This document shows, in pieces, positions 28,720 through 37,408 of a stretch of DNA of 64,000 nucleotides (the stretch's first letter is position 1; each line of letters starts with the position of its first letter). A program made the translations under genes and the position numbers. The DNA is from Candidatus Kapaibacterium sp. Lineage in GTDB: Bacteria > Bacteroidota > Ignavibacteria > Kapaibacteriales > UBA2268. Location: positions 832,001-896,000 of the forward strand of contig OY761611.1 in assembly GCA_963664875.1 (NCBI GenBank). The letters run 5' to 3'. The notes beneath the pieces are model-generated. The model was not told where the DNA came from. It saw only the letters and a list, made by a program, of their open reading frames with translations, and did not search any database.

Positions 28720-29325
28720 ATGTTTTTCAAAAAATTATCAACTTTAGCTTTAGTTCTTAGCGTAGCTTTTTCAACTGCTTGTAGCAGTGATGCAGACAAA
28801 GTTCAAACAAAAGATGTTGCATCAGCAACATTAAGTGCAGAAGCTCCTGCAAAAGAAAAATCTGTTTTTGAAATCAAAACAGTAAACCTAGGAGATCAGG
28901 TTTTACCTGATTTTACATGGGAACAAAACGGCAAAACAATCAAATTCTCTGACTATATAAAAGACAAAGTTGTATTTATAAACTTCTGGGGCACTTGGTG
29001 TCCTCCATGTAGAGCAGAAATACCTTATATCGTACAATTACAGAAAGAATATAAAGATAAAGATTTCGTAGTTGTTGGCTTTGCTTTAGAAAGAAATCCG
29101 GGCACAGAAGGTGTACAAAAATTTGTAGATGCTCAGGGTATTAACTATATAAACTTCATATCTTCGAGAACTGACCAAAATGCAATGCAAATTGTAAGTC
29201 ACTTTGGTCAAATCAATGCAGTACCTACTACAATGATTTTCAACAAAAAAGGTGAAAAGGTCGAAACAATCGTAGGTGGCAGAGATTACAAATCCTTCAA
29301 GGCTTCGATAGACAAAGCGATGTGA
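28720..29325 (+). CDS. TlpA/ResA-like thiol-disulfide oxidoreductase lipoprotein (probable CcmG role)
   Basis: Start ATG 28720 with AGGAG RBS; lipobox STA-C; NFWGTWCPPC, AVPTT; directly follows ccmF. Confidence 0.85.
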   Translation: MFFKKLSTLALVLSVAFSTACSSDADKVQTKDVASATLSAEAPAKEKSVFEIKTVNLGDQVLPDFTWEQNGKTIKFSDYIKDKVVFINFWGTWCPPCRAEIPYIVQLQKEYKDKDFVVVGFALERNPGTEGVQKFVDAQGINYINFISSRTDQNAMQIVSHFGQINAVPTTMIFNKKGEKVETIVGGRDYKSFKASIDKAM

Positions 29326-29347
29326 AATCGCATCTTATAAAATATAT

Positions 29348-29418
29348 AAAAAAAACTCCGACTTTTTTTTATATCCTCTAAACTGTGGGATAGACAAGAA
29401 AAAGTCGGAGTTTTTTTT
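29348..29418. terminator. Bidirectional terminator (long stem)
   Basis: AAAAAAAACTCCGACTTTTT ... AAAAAGTCGGAGTTTTTTTT. Confidence 0.8.
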
Positions 29419-29466
29419 AACTATTATATATTTGAAAACTCAATCAAATAATCATACGAACAAAGC

Positions 29467-30585
29467 TTATATTTTTATTTGCATAGAAAGTTTAAGCATA
29501 GTTTTGTCGGTAGATTCTTTGTCATTGTTAGTGGTTTCTAAATCAAGTACAAGCATATTTATATCATCAAACAAATACGCTACTCCCGCTATCATTCTTC
29601 TTTGGATATCGTTATCGATATCAATATTTAAATCAAGATAATCATATCTACCCATCAAACTAAACGACTCTGAAATCTTGTATTCGGCAAAAACAGAAGC
29701 TCCTTCGAACTCACCTGTCTGGAAATCAGTAATCTTATCATCGGTATATAAAGGCATATAATTATCACCTTCCATATTACCTTTTCCAAAAAGATATTGC
29801 CCAATAAGGGTAACGGATGATGATTCGTAAGTAGTCATAACATAATGATTTTGCCAATCAGCAAATTCTTCTTCTTTTTCTATATCAAATTCAATTGGTG
29901 AGTTACCTTCACCCAATACTGTAGAATAACTGAATTGAAGCCCCGGAATAATTGCCGGCATAGGACGGAAAGTTACTCGTCCATGAGCGGCAACAGAATT
30001 ATTTTCATTTATACCATTATAACCCGCACCGTTATAGACACCTAAGGCATAAGAACCATACTGTCCTGCATATTTTTTATTTTTGACCTTTTCTGTATAT
30101 TCTTTGGACATTTGACCACCAAAGTTACCAAACCAAACAATCCCTAAGTCTGCAGATTTTGTCAGTTTAGCACGTTCGGCAAACATTTTGCCCTGAACTC
30201 TATATCTGTTGATAGATTGTTCAAAATCTATATATGGAGTTTGTACCATACCGAATTCAAATTCGTTTTTGGTAAAAACTGACCAGTCTCCAACATCTAA
30301 AAGCCCGTAGAAATATTTAAAGCGCAATTCCAAACCATCATCATCTTCGTAGGTATCTACTGTCATTCTCATGGATAGATTGCCGTAAGCCTGCTTTTTT
30401 AAGGTAAGATATGCTCTGTCCATCTTTATGCCGGTGTGTGTAAGTTCTCCATTATCAATTTCTGATTCGGCAGAAATAAATCCAAGTAAGCTGATTTTTA
30501 ATTTGTCTTCCTCTTGTTTTTTTGCTTCCTCAGCATTAGCAAATACGCAAAGGAATAGACTGAATAGAAGAATATATTTCTTCAT
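29467..30585 (-). CDS. Outer-membrane porin, probably phosphate-selective (OprO/P-like)
   Basis: Signal peptide; RAYLT, RFKYFY, SADLG, GVYNGAGY, GRYDY motifs; Pho-box-like repeats upstream. Confidence 0.65.
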   Translation of the reverse strand: MKKYILLFSLFLCVFANAEEAKKQEEDKLKISLLGFISAESEIDNGELTHTGIKMDRAYLTLKKQAYGNLSMRMTVDTYEDDDGLELRFKYFYGLLDVGDWSVFTKNEFEFGMVQTPYIDFEQSINRYRVQGKMFAERAKLTKSADLGIVWFGNFGGQMSKEYTEKVKNKKYAGQYGSYALGVYNGAGYNGINENNSVAAHGRVTFRPMPAIIPGLQFSYSTVLGEGNSPIEFDIEKEEEFADWQNHYVMTTYESSSVTLIGQYLFGKGNMEGDNYMPLYTDDKITDFQTGEFEGASVFAEYKISESFSLMGRYDYLDLNIDIDNDIQRRMIAGVAYLFDDINMLVLDLETTNNDKESTDKTMLKLSMQIKI

Positions 30586-30632
30586 TCCGTTCTCCAAATA
30601 ATTAAATAAGAATTACCAATAACAACAACGTG

Positions 30633-30687
30633 CAAAAGTAGTTCTTGATTGTTAAGAAATTATAAAGATTTGAAGAAGTTTGTTAAG
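30633..30687 (-). promoter_or_regulatory. Promoter with Pho-box-like repeats for the porin
   Basis: Minus strand TACTTTTG (TAnnTTTG) at 30640-30633; CTTAACA 30656-30650, CTTTATA 30667-30661, CTTAACA 30687-30681. Confidence 0.55.
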
Positions 30688-30820
30688 ATGTAATAAATTT
30701 AATCAATTTTCCTTGATTTTCCTTAGCTCATTCTTAGCTATTGAAACAAATAATATATTTTCTCAATTATCAGGATTATGCTAAATTGCTTGATTGTATT
30801 GCAACTACATTTGAAATGAC

Positions 30821-33610
30821 ATGAGTGAAATTATCAATAAAAGTATAAAAATCAGCAGAGCAAGTCTCCACAACCTCAAGGATGTTGATGTAGAGATACC
30901 TCACAACAGACTAACAGTTATAACAGGCGTCAGCGGATCAGGCAAATCTACCCTTGCATTTGATACTCTTTACGCTGAGGGGCAAAGACGTTTTGTTGAG
31001 TCTCTTTCCTCTTATGCAAGACAATTTTTGGAAAGAATGGGAAAACCTGATGTCGAGTCTATTACCGGGCTCCCACCTGCAATAGCTATAGAGCAGAGAC
31101 CTCATTCGAGGAATCCACGTTCCACAGTCGGCACAAGCACCGAGCTTTATGACTATCTGCGTTTATTATTTGGTAGAATCGGAAAAACCAAATGCAAAAA
31201 ATGTGGAAGTGAAGTCAAAAAAGATACACCTGCGTCCGTCGTAAAATCTCTTATGAACTTGGAGGAATCTGATAGGCTATTCGTTTGTTTTGAGCCTAAA
31301 ATCAACGGAAGTAAATCAGTTGAAATTGTTGATAAATATAAAACTCTTGGCTTTTTCAGAGTCGTTAAAGCCGGGACAACTAATCTAATAGATCTTGAAG
31401 GTGAAGGAATTCCTGAAGATTTTCTAAGCTCTAAATATTACTTTTTAGTTGATAGAATTGTCTTTCGCAAAGATGATGAGAGTATTTCAAGACTAACAGA
31501 ATCTATAGAATCAGCTTTCCATTATGGAGAAGGAAGAATCTGTATAATCAATATCACAAATCAGTCAGAATATACTTTTAGCTCTGTTTATGAGTGCCCT
31601 GACTGCGATATTGTTTACTTAGAACCTGAACCTAAACTGTTTTCTTTCAATAATCCTTATGGTGCCTGCCCCTCTTGTCAGGGTTTTGGCAGAACAATCG
31701 GAATTGATGCAGATTTGGTGGTACCCGATAAATCACTTTCTTTGAAAAAGCATGCAATCCACCCTTTCAAAGGCGAAAAATTTGCAAAACATGAGACTGC
31801 ACTATTAAAGATTGCAAAAAAATATGATATACCTGTCAATGTACCTATCGTAAAAGTTCCAAAAGACAAAATGGAAATTATTTGGAACGGTGCAGATGAC
31901 TACATCGGGCTCAAGGCATTTTTCAAATATTTAGAGTCTAAAAGCTACAAAATGCACTATAGAGTGATGCTTAGCAAATACAGAGGCTACACTGAATGTG
32001 AAGCCTGTAGCGGTTCACGATTAAGAACCTCTGCCCGTCAGGTATTTGTGGAAGAGAAAAATATTACAGAATTGATTAAAATGCCTCTTGGCACTTTAAA
32101 CTCATTCTTCCAAACTCTTCAGCTTGGTAAGTTTGATGAAATGATAGCAGGTCAGCTACTGATAGAAATAAAGTGGAGATTGCAGCTACTTGTCGATATC
32201 GGACTCGAATATCTAACATTGTCTCGATTGACTCATACACTTTCCGGCGGTGAAGCACAAAGAATCAATTTGACTACTGCTCTGGGATCTTCTCTTGTGG
32301 GAACACTCTATGTGCTCGACGAGCCAAGTATTGGTATGCACCCAAGAGATACTGACAGATTGCTCAACATCCTTTTCAAACTCAGAGGCTTGGGCAATAC
32401 TGTGGTAGTTGTGGAACACGATCCTGATATTATTAAATTTGCGGATAAGATAATTGATATGGGACCAAACGCAGGTGAGTTTGGCGGCGAAGTGGTGTAT
32501 TCCGGCTCGTTTGAAGATTTGTCGAAAGCGACAAACTCTTTGACATCAGATTATTTTTCAGGAAGAAAGCAAATTGCTATACCTATTGAAAGAAAAGCAT
32601 TTGGGAATGAGAAAATAACCATTCATAACGCACAGGAAAACAATCTTAGTATAGAAAAAGTAGAATTCCCTCTCGGTTGTATGACATGCGTTACAGGCGT
32701 CTCGGGTTCGGGTAAAAGTACATTGATTCATGATATTCTATATGCAGGTATTAAGAAGTACAAAGGCGGCTATATGGGGCATACGGGTCGCTACGAACGC
32801 ATTGAGGGCATGGAACATATAGAAGTAATTGAGATGGTAGATCAGTCTCCTATTGGGAAATCTTCACGTTCAACTCCTGCTACTTATACAAAAGTGTTTG
32901 ATGCAATCCGAGATGTATTTGCTCAAACACAATTAGCACGTCAGTTAAGCTATAAGCCCGGTCACTTTTCGTTCAATGTCGCTGGTGGCAGATGCGACGA
33001 ATGCGAAGGAGAAGGAACAATAAAAGTAGATATGCAGTTTTTGCCTGACGTTACTCTAATTTGCGAAAGCTGTAAAGGTACACGCTATAAAAAAGAAATT
33101 CACAATATACTTTACAAAGATAAAACTATTGTAGATGTCTTAAATATGACTGTAGATGATGCACTGATTTTCTTTGAAGATAAATCCAAAATCACTAAAA
33201 AACTGCAGATATTGCAAGATGTCGGTCTCGGTTATTTACGATTAGGACAACCAAGCACCCACCTTTCGGGCGGAGAAGCACAAAGAATAAAACTTGCAGG
33301 GCACCTTGATGCGAAATCCGGAGACAAAACTCTCTTCATTTTTGACGAGCCGACAACTGGCTTACATTTAGATGATATTTCTAAATTGATAAACTCATTT
33401 AAAAAACTCACTGATACCGGACATTCGGTAGTGATTATTGAACATAATTTACACGTAATAGCATCTGCTGATTACATCATAGATTTAGGTCCAGAAGCAG
33501 GCGAAAATGGCGGAAAAATTGTTATCACAGGCACTCCTGAAGAAGTAGCGGAATGCTCTTTTTCATATACGGGAAAATACTTAAAAGAATTTTTCAGTCC
33601 AAATGTATAA
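30821..33610 (+). CDS. uvrA: Excinuclease ABC subunit A
   Basis: Two GVSGSGKS Walker A motifs, two LSGGEAQRI signatures, zinc fingers, FSFN motifs. Confidence 0.96.
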   Translation: MSEIINKSIKISRASLHNLKDVDVEIPHNRLTVITGVSGSGKSTLAFDTLYAEGQRRFVESLSSYARQFLERMGKPDVESITGLPPAIAIEQRPHSRNPRSTVGTSTELYDYLRLLFGRIGKTKCKKCGSEVKKDTPASVVKSLMNLEESDRLFVCFEPKINGSKSVEIVDKYKTLGFFRVVKAGTTNLIDLEGEGIPEDFLSSKYYFLVDRIVFRKDDESISRLTESIESAFHYGEGRICIINITNQSEYTFSSVYECPDCDIVYLEPEPKLFSFNNPYGACPSCQGFGRTIGIDADLVVPDKSLSLKKHAIHPFKGEKFAKHETALLKIAKKYDIPVNVPIVKVPKDKMEIIWNGADDYIGLKAFFKYLESKSYKMHYRVMLSKYRGYTECEACSGSRLRTSARQVFVEEKNITELIKMPLGTLNSFFQTLQLGKFDEMIAGQLLIEIKWRLQLLVDIGLEYLTLSRLTHTLSGGEAQRINLTTALGSSLVGTLYVLDEPSIGMHPRDTDRLLNILFKLRGLGNTVVVVEHDPDIIKFADKIIDMGPNAGEFGGEVVYSGSFEDLSKATNSLTSDYFSGRKQIAIPIERKAFGNEKITIHNAQENNLSIEKVEFPLGCMTCVTGVSGSGKSTLIHDILYAGIKKYKGGYMGHTGRYERIEGMEHIEVIEMVDQSPIGKSSRSTPATYTKVFDAIRDVFAQTQLARQLSYKPGHFSFNVAGGRCDECEGEGTIKVDMQFLPDVTLICESCKGTRYKKEIHNILYKDKTIVDVLNMTVDDALIFFEDKSKITKKLQILQDVGLGYLRLGQPSTHLSGGEAQRIKLAGHLDAKSGDKTLFIFDEPTTGLHLDDISKLINSFKKLTDTGHSVVIIEHNLHVIASADYIIDLGPEAGENGGKIVITGTPEEVAECSFSYTGKYLKEFFSPNV

Positions 33611-33767
33611 TTTTTTCTAAATAAAATTACTTTTTATATGGATTTTTTAATTTTTTTCAATATATTAGGTATAATCTAAAACAATAACTCTGCATTATTC
33701 GTGTTAGGTATTATATCAAATTGCAGTTTAGAAAAATAAATTTAGAAAATAAATCTCCGGAGTACTT

Positions 33768-34247
33768 ATGGCGAAGCCTTTTATTTTAGTTGTGGATGAT
33801 AACAAGATAACGACCAAACTTTTGAGACGATATTTAGAAGCTAACGGCTATGAAGCTCAGGAAGCATACGACGGTGTGGACTGTCTCGAAAAAGTAAAAG
33901 AAAGACACCCTGACGCTATAGTATTGGATGTAATGATGCCTCGAATGGATGGTTATGAAACAGTTAAGCATCTCAAAGAAGATGACGCTACCAAACATAT
34001 TCCGGTAGTTATAGTTACTGCTCTGAATGATGTTGCCAATCAGCTCAAATCAATTGAAGCAGGAGCTGATGACTTCTTGAGCAAACCTATTGAGGAAAAA
34101 TTGCTGATCGCAAAAGTTAAGCTTCTAAGCTCACTCAATATCCAAAATATGAAAGTCAATAAAATCACTGAAATACTTAACAAAGTAATAAACGATGGTA
34201 TTCCGGCTGATACAATAAAGAACTTGTTGGACGAAGCAGGTTTATAA
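33768..34247 (+). CDS. Single-domain response regulator with short C-terminal helix
   Basis: ILVVDD, LDVMMPRMDG, VTAL, GADDFLSKP; no output domain. Confidence 0.9.
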   Translation: MAKPFILVVDDNKITTKLLRRYLEANGYEAQEAYDGVDCLEKVKERHPDAIVLDVMMPRMDGYETVKHLKEDDATKHIPVVIVTALNDVANQLKSIEAGADDFLSKPIEEKLLIAKVKLLSSLNIQNMKVNKITEILNKVINDGIPADTIKNLLDEAGL

Positions 34248-34257
34248 AACTAAAATC

Positions 34258-34303
34258 AAAAAAAAACACCTATTATGCTGAGAAAGATAATAGGTGTTTT
34301 TTT
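34258..34303. terminator. Bidirectional terminator
   Basis: AAAAAAACACCTATTAT ... ATAATAGGTGTTTTTTT. Confidence 0.8.
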
Positions 34304-34327
34304 ATATGCTTATTTTTTTATTTTGAT

Positions 34328-35248
34328 TTACTTGCTCAAATCGATTAAATATTCTTTGCCTTTGCGTTTCAAACTTTCAAGGGTATATTTAACGTCAATG
34401 AAGTGCCATCCCGGAACTACTTCGGAATCTCTGCCGCTCTGCATTCTTATTTTGTGTTCCAATTTGTTATTTGCCCATACAGGGATTCGATGTTCGAGGC
34501 TCATAAAATAGTCATTGAACCCGGTAAGTACAGTAGTAACATCTAAAAATATATTTTCTGCTTCTAATTCAAAGCTCCCCTGCCCTGTTTTAATAAATTC
34601 TATTCGATAGCAATTAAATCCTAAGGTGTCTTTTTTGGGTTTCATTTTATAAAGACAAGTTTGGTTTACAAGTGGAGCCGGAACTGCGTTTTCATTCCAG
34701 TCAACTAACTGTTTCGTAAGACTCCAGCTCTGATAAGTCAAAGCTTTCCTTTCCTTCAAATCTTCTACCAAAGGTGGATTGAACACACTACCCGGAGCAA
34801 TCGCAGCTTTTAAAGAATCATCTGGATAAGAGGCAACTCTTTTGCCGGTAGAATCAATAACTAAATGTGCTTTTCTGTTTATCCAGTTAGAAGATTCTCT
34901 TTTGACATTTTCAATTTCACCTTTGCTTTCCAAAGCAACATATTCCAGAAGCTCTTGTGTCAAATGGAAATTGCCTTTTTTACTTACAGAGTCACAGGTA
35001 AGCATCCACTTTTCATAGCGTATCCGGAGGAGTGGTGATTCGAAACCACGAATGATACTATCATGAGCTTCAGCTCTATAAATCAAAGTGTCACCTTTGA
35101 CAAAATTATATCTGATGTCTAATGTATCAATAGGAACCCGCATCTCAGTAATGGGGTCATAAACGCTGTCAGCTTTTAGAACCTGAGCTTGCATACGTAG
35201 AAAAGAAGAAAGCAGAAAAACAAAACATACTAAATAATACTTTTTCAT
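34328..35248 (-). CDS. Secreted hypothetical protein
   Basis: Long ORF; signal peptide MKKYYLVC..MQA-Q from ATG 35248; beta-rich; family not recognised. Confidence 0.7.
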   Translation of the reverse strand: MKKYYLVCFVFLLSSFLRMQAQVLKADSVYDPITEMRVPIDTLDIRYNFVKGDTLIYRAEAHDSIIRGFESPLLRIRYEKWMLTCDSVSKKGNFHLTQELLEYVALESKGEIENVKRESSNWINRKAHLVIDSTGKRVASYPDDSLKAAIAPGSVFNPPLVEDLKERKALTYQSWSLTKQLVDWNENAVPAPLVNQTCLYKMKPKKDTLGFNCYRIEFIKTGQGSFELEAENIFLDVTTVLTGFNDYFMSLEHRIPVWANNKLEHKIRMQSGRDSEVVPGWHFIDVKYTLESLKRKGKEYLIDLSK

Positions 35249-35352
35249 ATAACTTCTTAATATTTTTAAACATATAAAAGTAAGATACATCTTTTTTATG
35301 ACAAAGCAAAGACAATGCAGCCTTTAGACTATTTTGAAATAAAACTGACTGT

Positions 35353-36015
35353 TTATATTTTAAATTTCGCAGAGTTGTCGTTTAGCCATTTCAATCGTTT
35401 TTCGTAATCAGGGAGCATCTTTTCTACAGTTTCCCAAAACTCTTTGCTATGATCCATGTGAAGCAAATGAGCCAATTCATGCACAATGACATAATCAATA
35501 ATCTCAGTAGGTAACGGCATAAGGTGGTAACTTAGGTTAATATTACCACGTCCACTGCAAGAGCCCCATCTTTTTTCAGCACTTGAGATTTTAAAAGCTG
35601 AGGGCTTTAACTTGACCTGTTCTGCTACCTCCCACCCTCTTTTGATTAAGAAGTGCTTGGCATTTTTTTTATAGAAAGTATTGATTAGCCCTTCTGCTTG
35701 ATCACTTAGCAGAGAGTTAATTACAAACTGATCGTTTTTGTGCTCAAAAGCATACTCAGTGTCTATTTTAAATTTCAGAATCTTTTCTTTCCCTAACAGA
35801 TAAAAAATTTCTCCATCTTCATATTTATGCGTATTTGAATATTTCTCTGCCATTTGCTTGGTTTTTTTATTGAGCCAGTCACGATATTTTTCGAGGAACT
35901 TATCAATTTCGTTCTTCTTCATAGATTTCGGAGCCCGAACAATTATATTGGAATCAGTATCAACCTGAATACTGACAGTTTTTCTATCAGACTTTATAAT
36001 AGTTATCTTGTTCAT
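35353..36015 (-). CDS. YgjP/DUF45 (SprT-like) zinc metallohydrolase
   Basis: RKTVSI, KRWGSCS, DYVIVHELAHL..HSKEFW. Confidence 0.9.
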   Translation of the reverse strand: MNKITIIKSDRKTVSIQVDTDSNIIVRAPKSMKKNEIDKFLEKYRDWLNKKTKQMAEKYSNTHKYEDGEIFYLLGKEKILKFKIDTEYAFEHKNDQFVINSLLSDQAEGLINTFYKKNAKHFLIKRGWEVAEQVKLKPSAFKISSAEKRWGSCSGRGNINLSYHLMPLPTEIIDYVIVHELAHLLHMDHSKEFWETVEKMLPDYEKRLKWLNDNSAKFKI

Positions 36016-36120
36016 TCGATTTAATTTACTGTAAAACACATTTACAAATCTATTGAAAATTGAGCAAAATATTTTATAATTTGCATGATAATTTTCTGTA
36101 TCTATCAGAAAGGATTAAAC

Positions 36121-37392
36121 TTGTACGAAACTTTAGAAAAACAAGAAAGAGCTGTTGCCATTTCGGTAGTCCGCAAAGGAGCAGATCGTGAAAAAACCAG
36201 AGAAAACCTCGAAGAATTAGCTTTCCTTGCTGAAACAGCAGGAGCTGAGGTTGTGGAATTGATTTATCAGGAACTTGCAAAACCAAGCAAAAGTACTGCA
36301 ATCGGCAAAGGAAAAGTCGCTGAGCTCAGAGAGCTTATCATAGAAAGAGAAATAAATCTTGTAATTTTTGATGATGATTTGACTCCTGCTCAAGTCAGAA
36401 ATCTCGAAACCGAATTGCAAGTCAAGGTTATGGACAGAAGTGGAATTATTCTTGATATTTTTGCTGAAAGAGCTCAAACCAACGAAGCTAAAACTCAGGT
36501 AGAACTTGCTCAGCTGCAATATATGATGCCGAGACTTACAAGAATGTGGACTCACCTTTCCAAACAATATGGTGGTATAGGTACTAAAGGTCCGGGTGAG
36601 ACACAAATTGAAACTGACAGGCGTATTGTCAGAAACAGAATACAAGCTCTCAAAGAGAAGTTAGATAATATTTCTACACAAAAAGAGCAACAGAGAAAAG
36701 GACGTAAATCTATGCCAAGATTTGCATTAGTTGGATATACCAATGCCGGCAAATCTACTTTAATGCAAAATATCACAAACGAAAATGTTTACATAGAAGA
36801 TAAGCTTTTTGCGACTCTTGATACCACGGTTCGCATTTTTGCTTTGCCTTCAGGTCAGGAAGCATTGCTTTCTGATACTGTTGGTTTTATTAAAAAACTT
36901 CCTACACACTTGGTTGCTTCTTTCCGTTCCACTTTAGCAGAAGCTTCTGAGGCAGATATTATTTTGCACGTAGTAGATGTTTCTAATCCTTTCTTCAGGG
37001 AGCATATCGAAGTTGTAGAAAAAACATTAGCCTCTTTGAACATAACAGAAATCCCAACTATTTTGGTATGCAACAAAATTGACAAATTAGAAGATTTGGA
37101 CGGACTAAAGCATATAGAAGAGGAATACAAAGACTGTATCTTCGTAGCTGCCGCTAAGGGTTTGAATATTCAAACTTTACTTGAAAAAATGCAGGAAAAA
37201 TATAACGAAAATTGCAAGACTACTACAATTTTGATTCCTTATGTAGAATCTCAAAAAGTAGCCTGGATTTATAAATACTGCGAAATCATCGAAAGAAATG
37301 ACATCGACGAAGGAACTGAAATAATCATTCGAGTGCCGACAGAACAGGAAGATTATTTTGCGAGCCACTATAAAAACTATATACAAGAATAA
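36121..37392 (+). CDS. hflX: GTPase HflX
   Basis: QVELAQL, GPGETQIETDRR, GYTNAGKS, LFATLD, DTVGF, NKID; probable TTG start at 36121. Confidence 0.95.
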   Translation: MYETLEKQERAVAISVVRKGADREKTRENLEELAFLAETAGAEVVELIYQELAKPSKSTAIGKGKVAELRELIIEREINLVIFDDDLTPAQVRNLETELQVKVMDRSGIILDIFAERAQTNEAKTQVELAQLQYMMPRLTRMWTHLSKQYGGIGTKGPGETQIETDRRIVRNRIQALKEKLDNISTQKEQQRKGRKSMPRFALVGYTNAGKSTLMQNITNENVYIEDKLFATLDTTVRIFALPSGQEALLSDTVGFIKKLPTHLVASFRSTLAEASEADIILHVVDVSNPFFREHIEVVEKTLASLNITEIPTILVCNKIDKLEDLDGLKHIEEEYKDCIFVAAAKGLNIQTLLEKMQEKYNENCKTTTILIPYVESQKVAWIYKYCEIIERNDIDEGTEIIIRVPTEQEDYFASHYKNYIQE

Positions 37393-37408
37393 GAGAAAAG
37401 GTAAGAGC

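Noticed and set aside
23128-29418. Long hairpins at 23128-23186 and 29348-29418 (also 18108-18153) as REP/MITE elements
   Set aside because: They share no sequence and sit at gene 3' ends with A/T tails, consistent with intrinsic terminators
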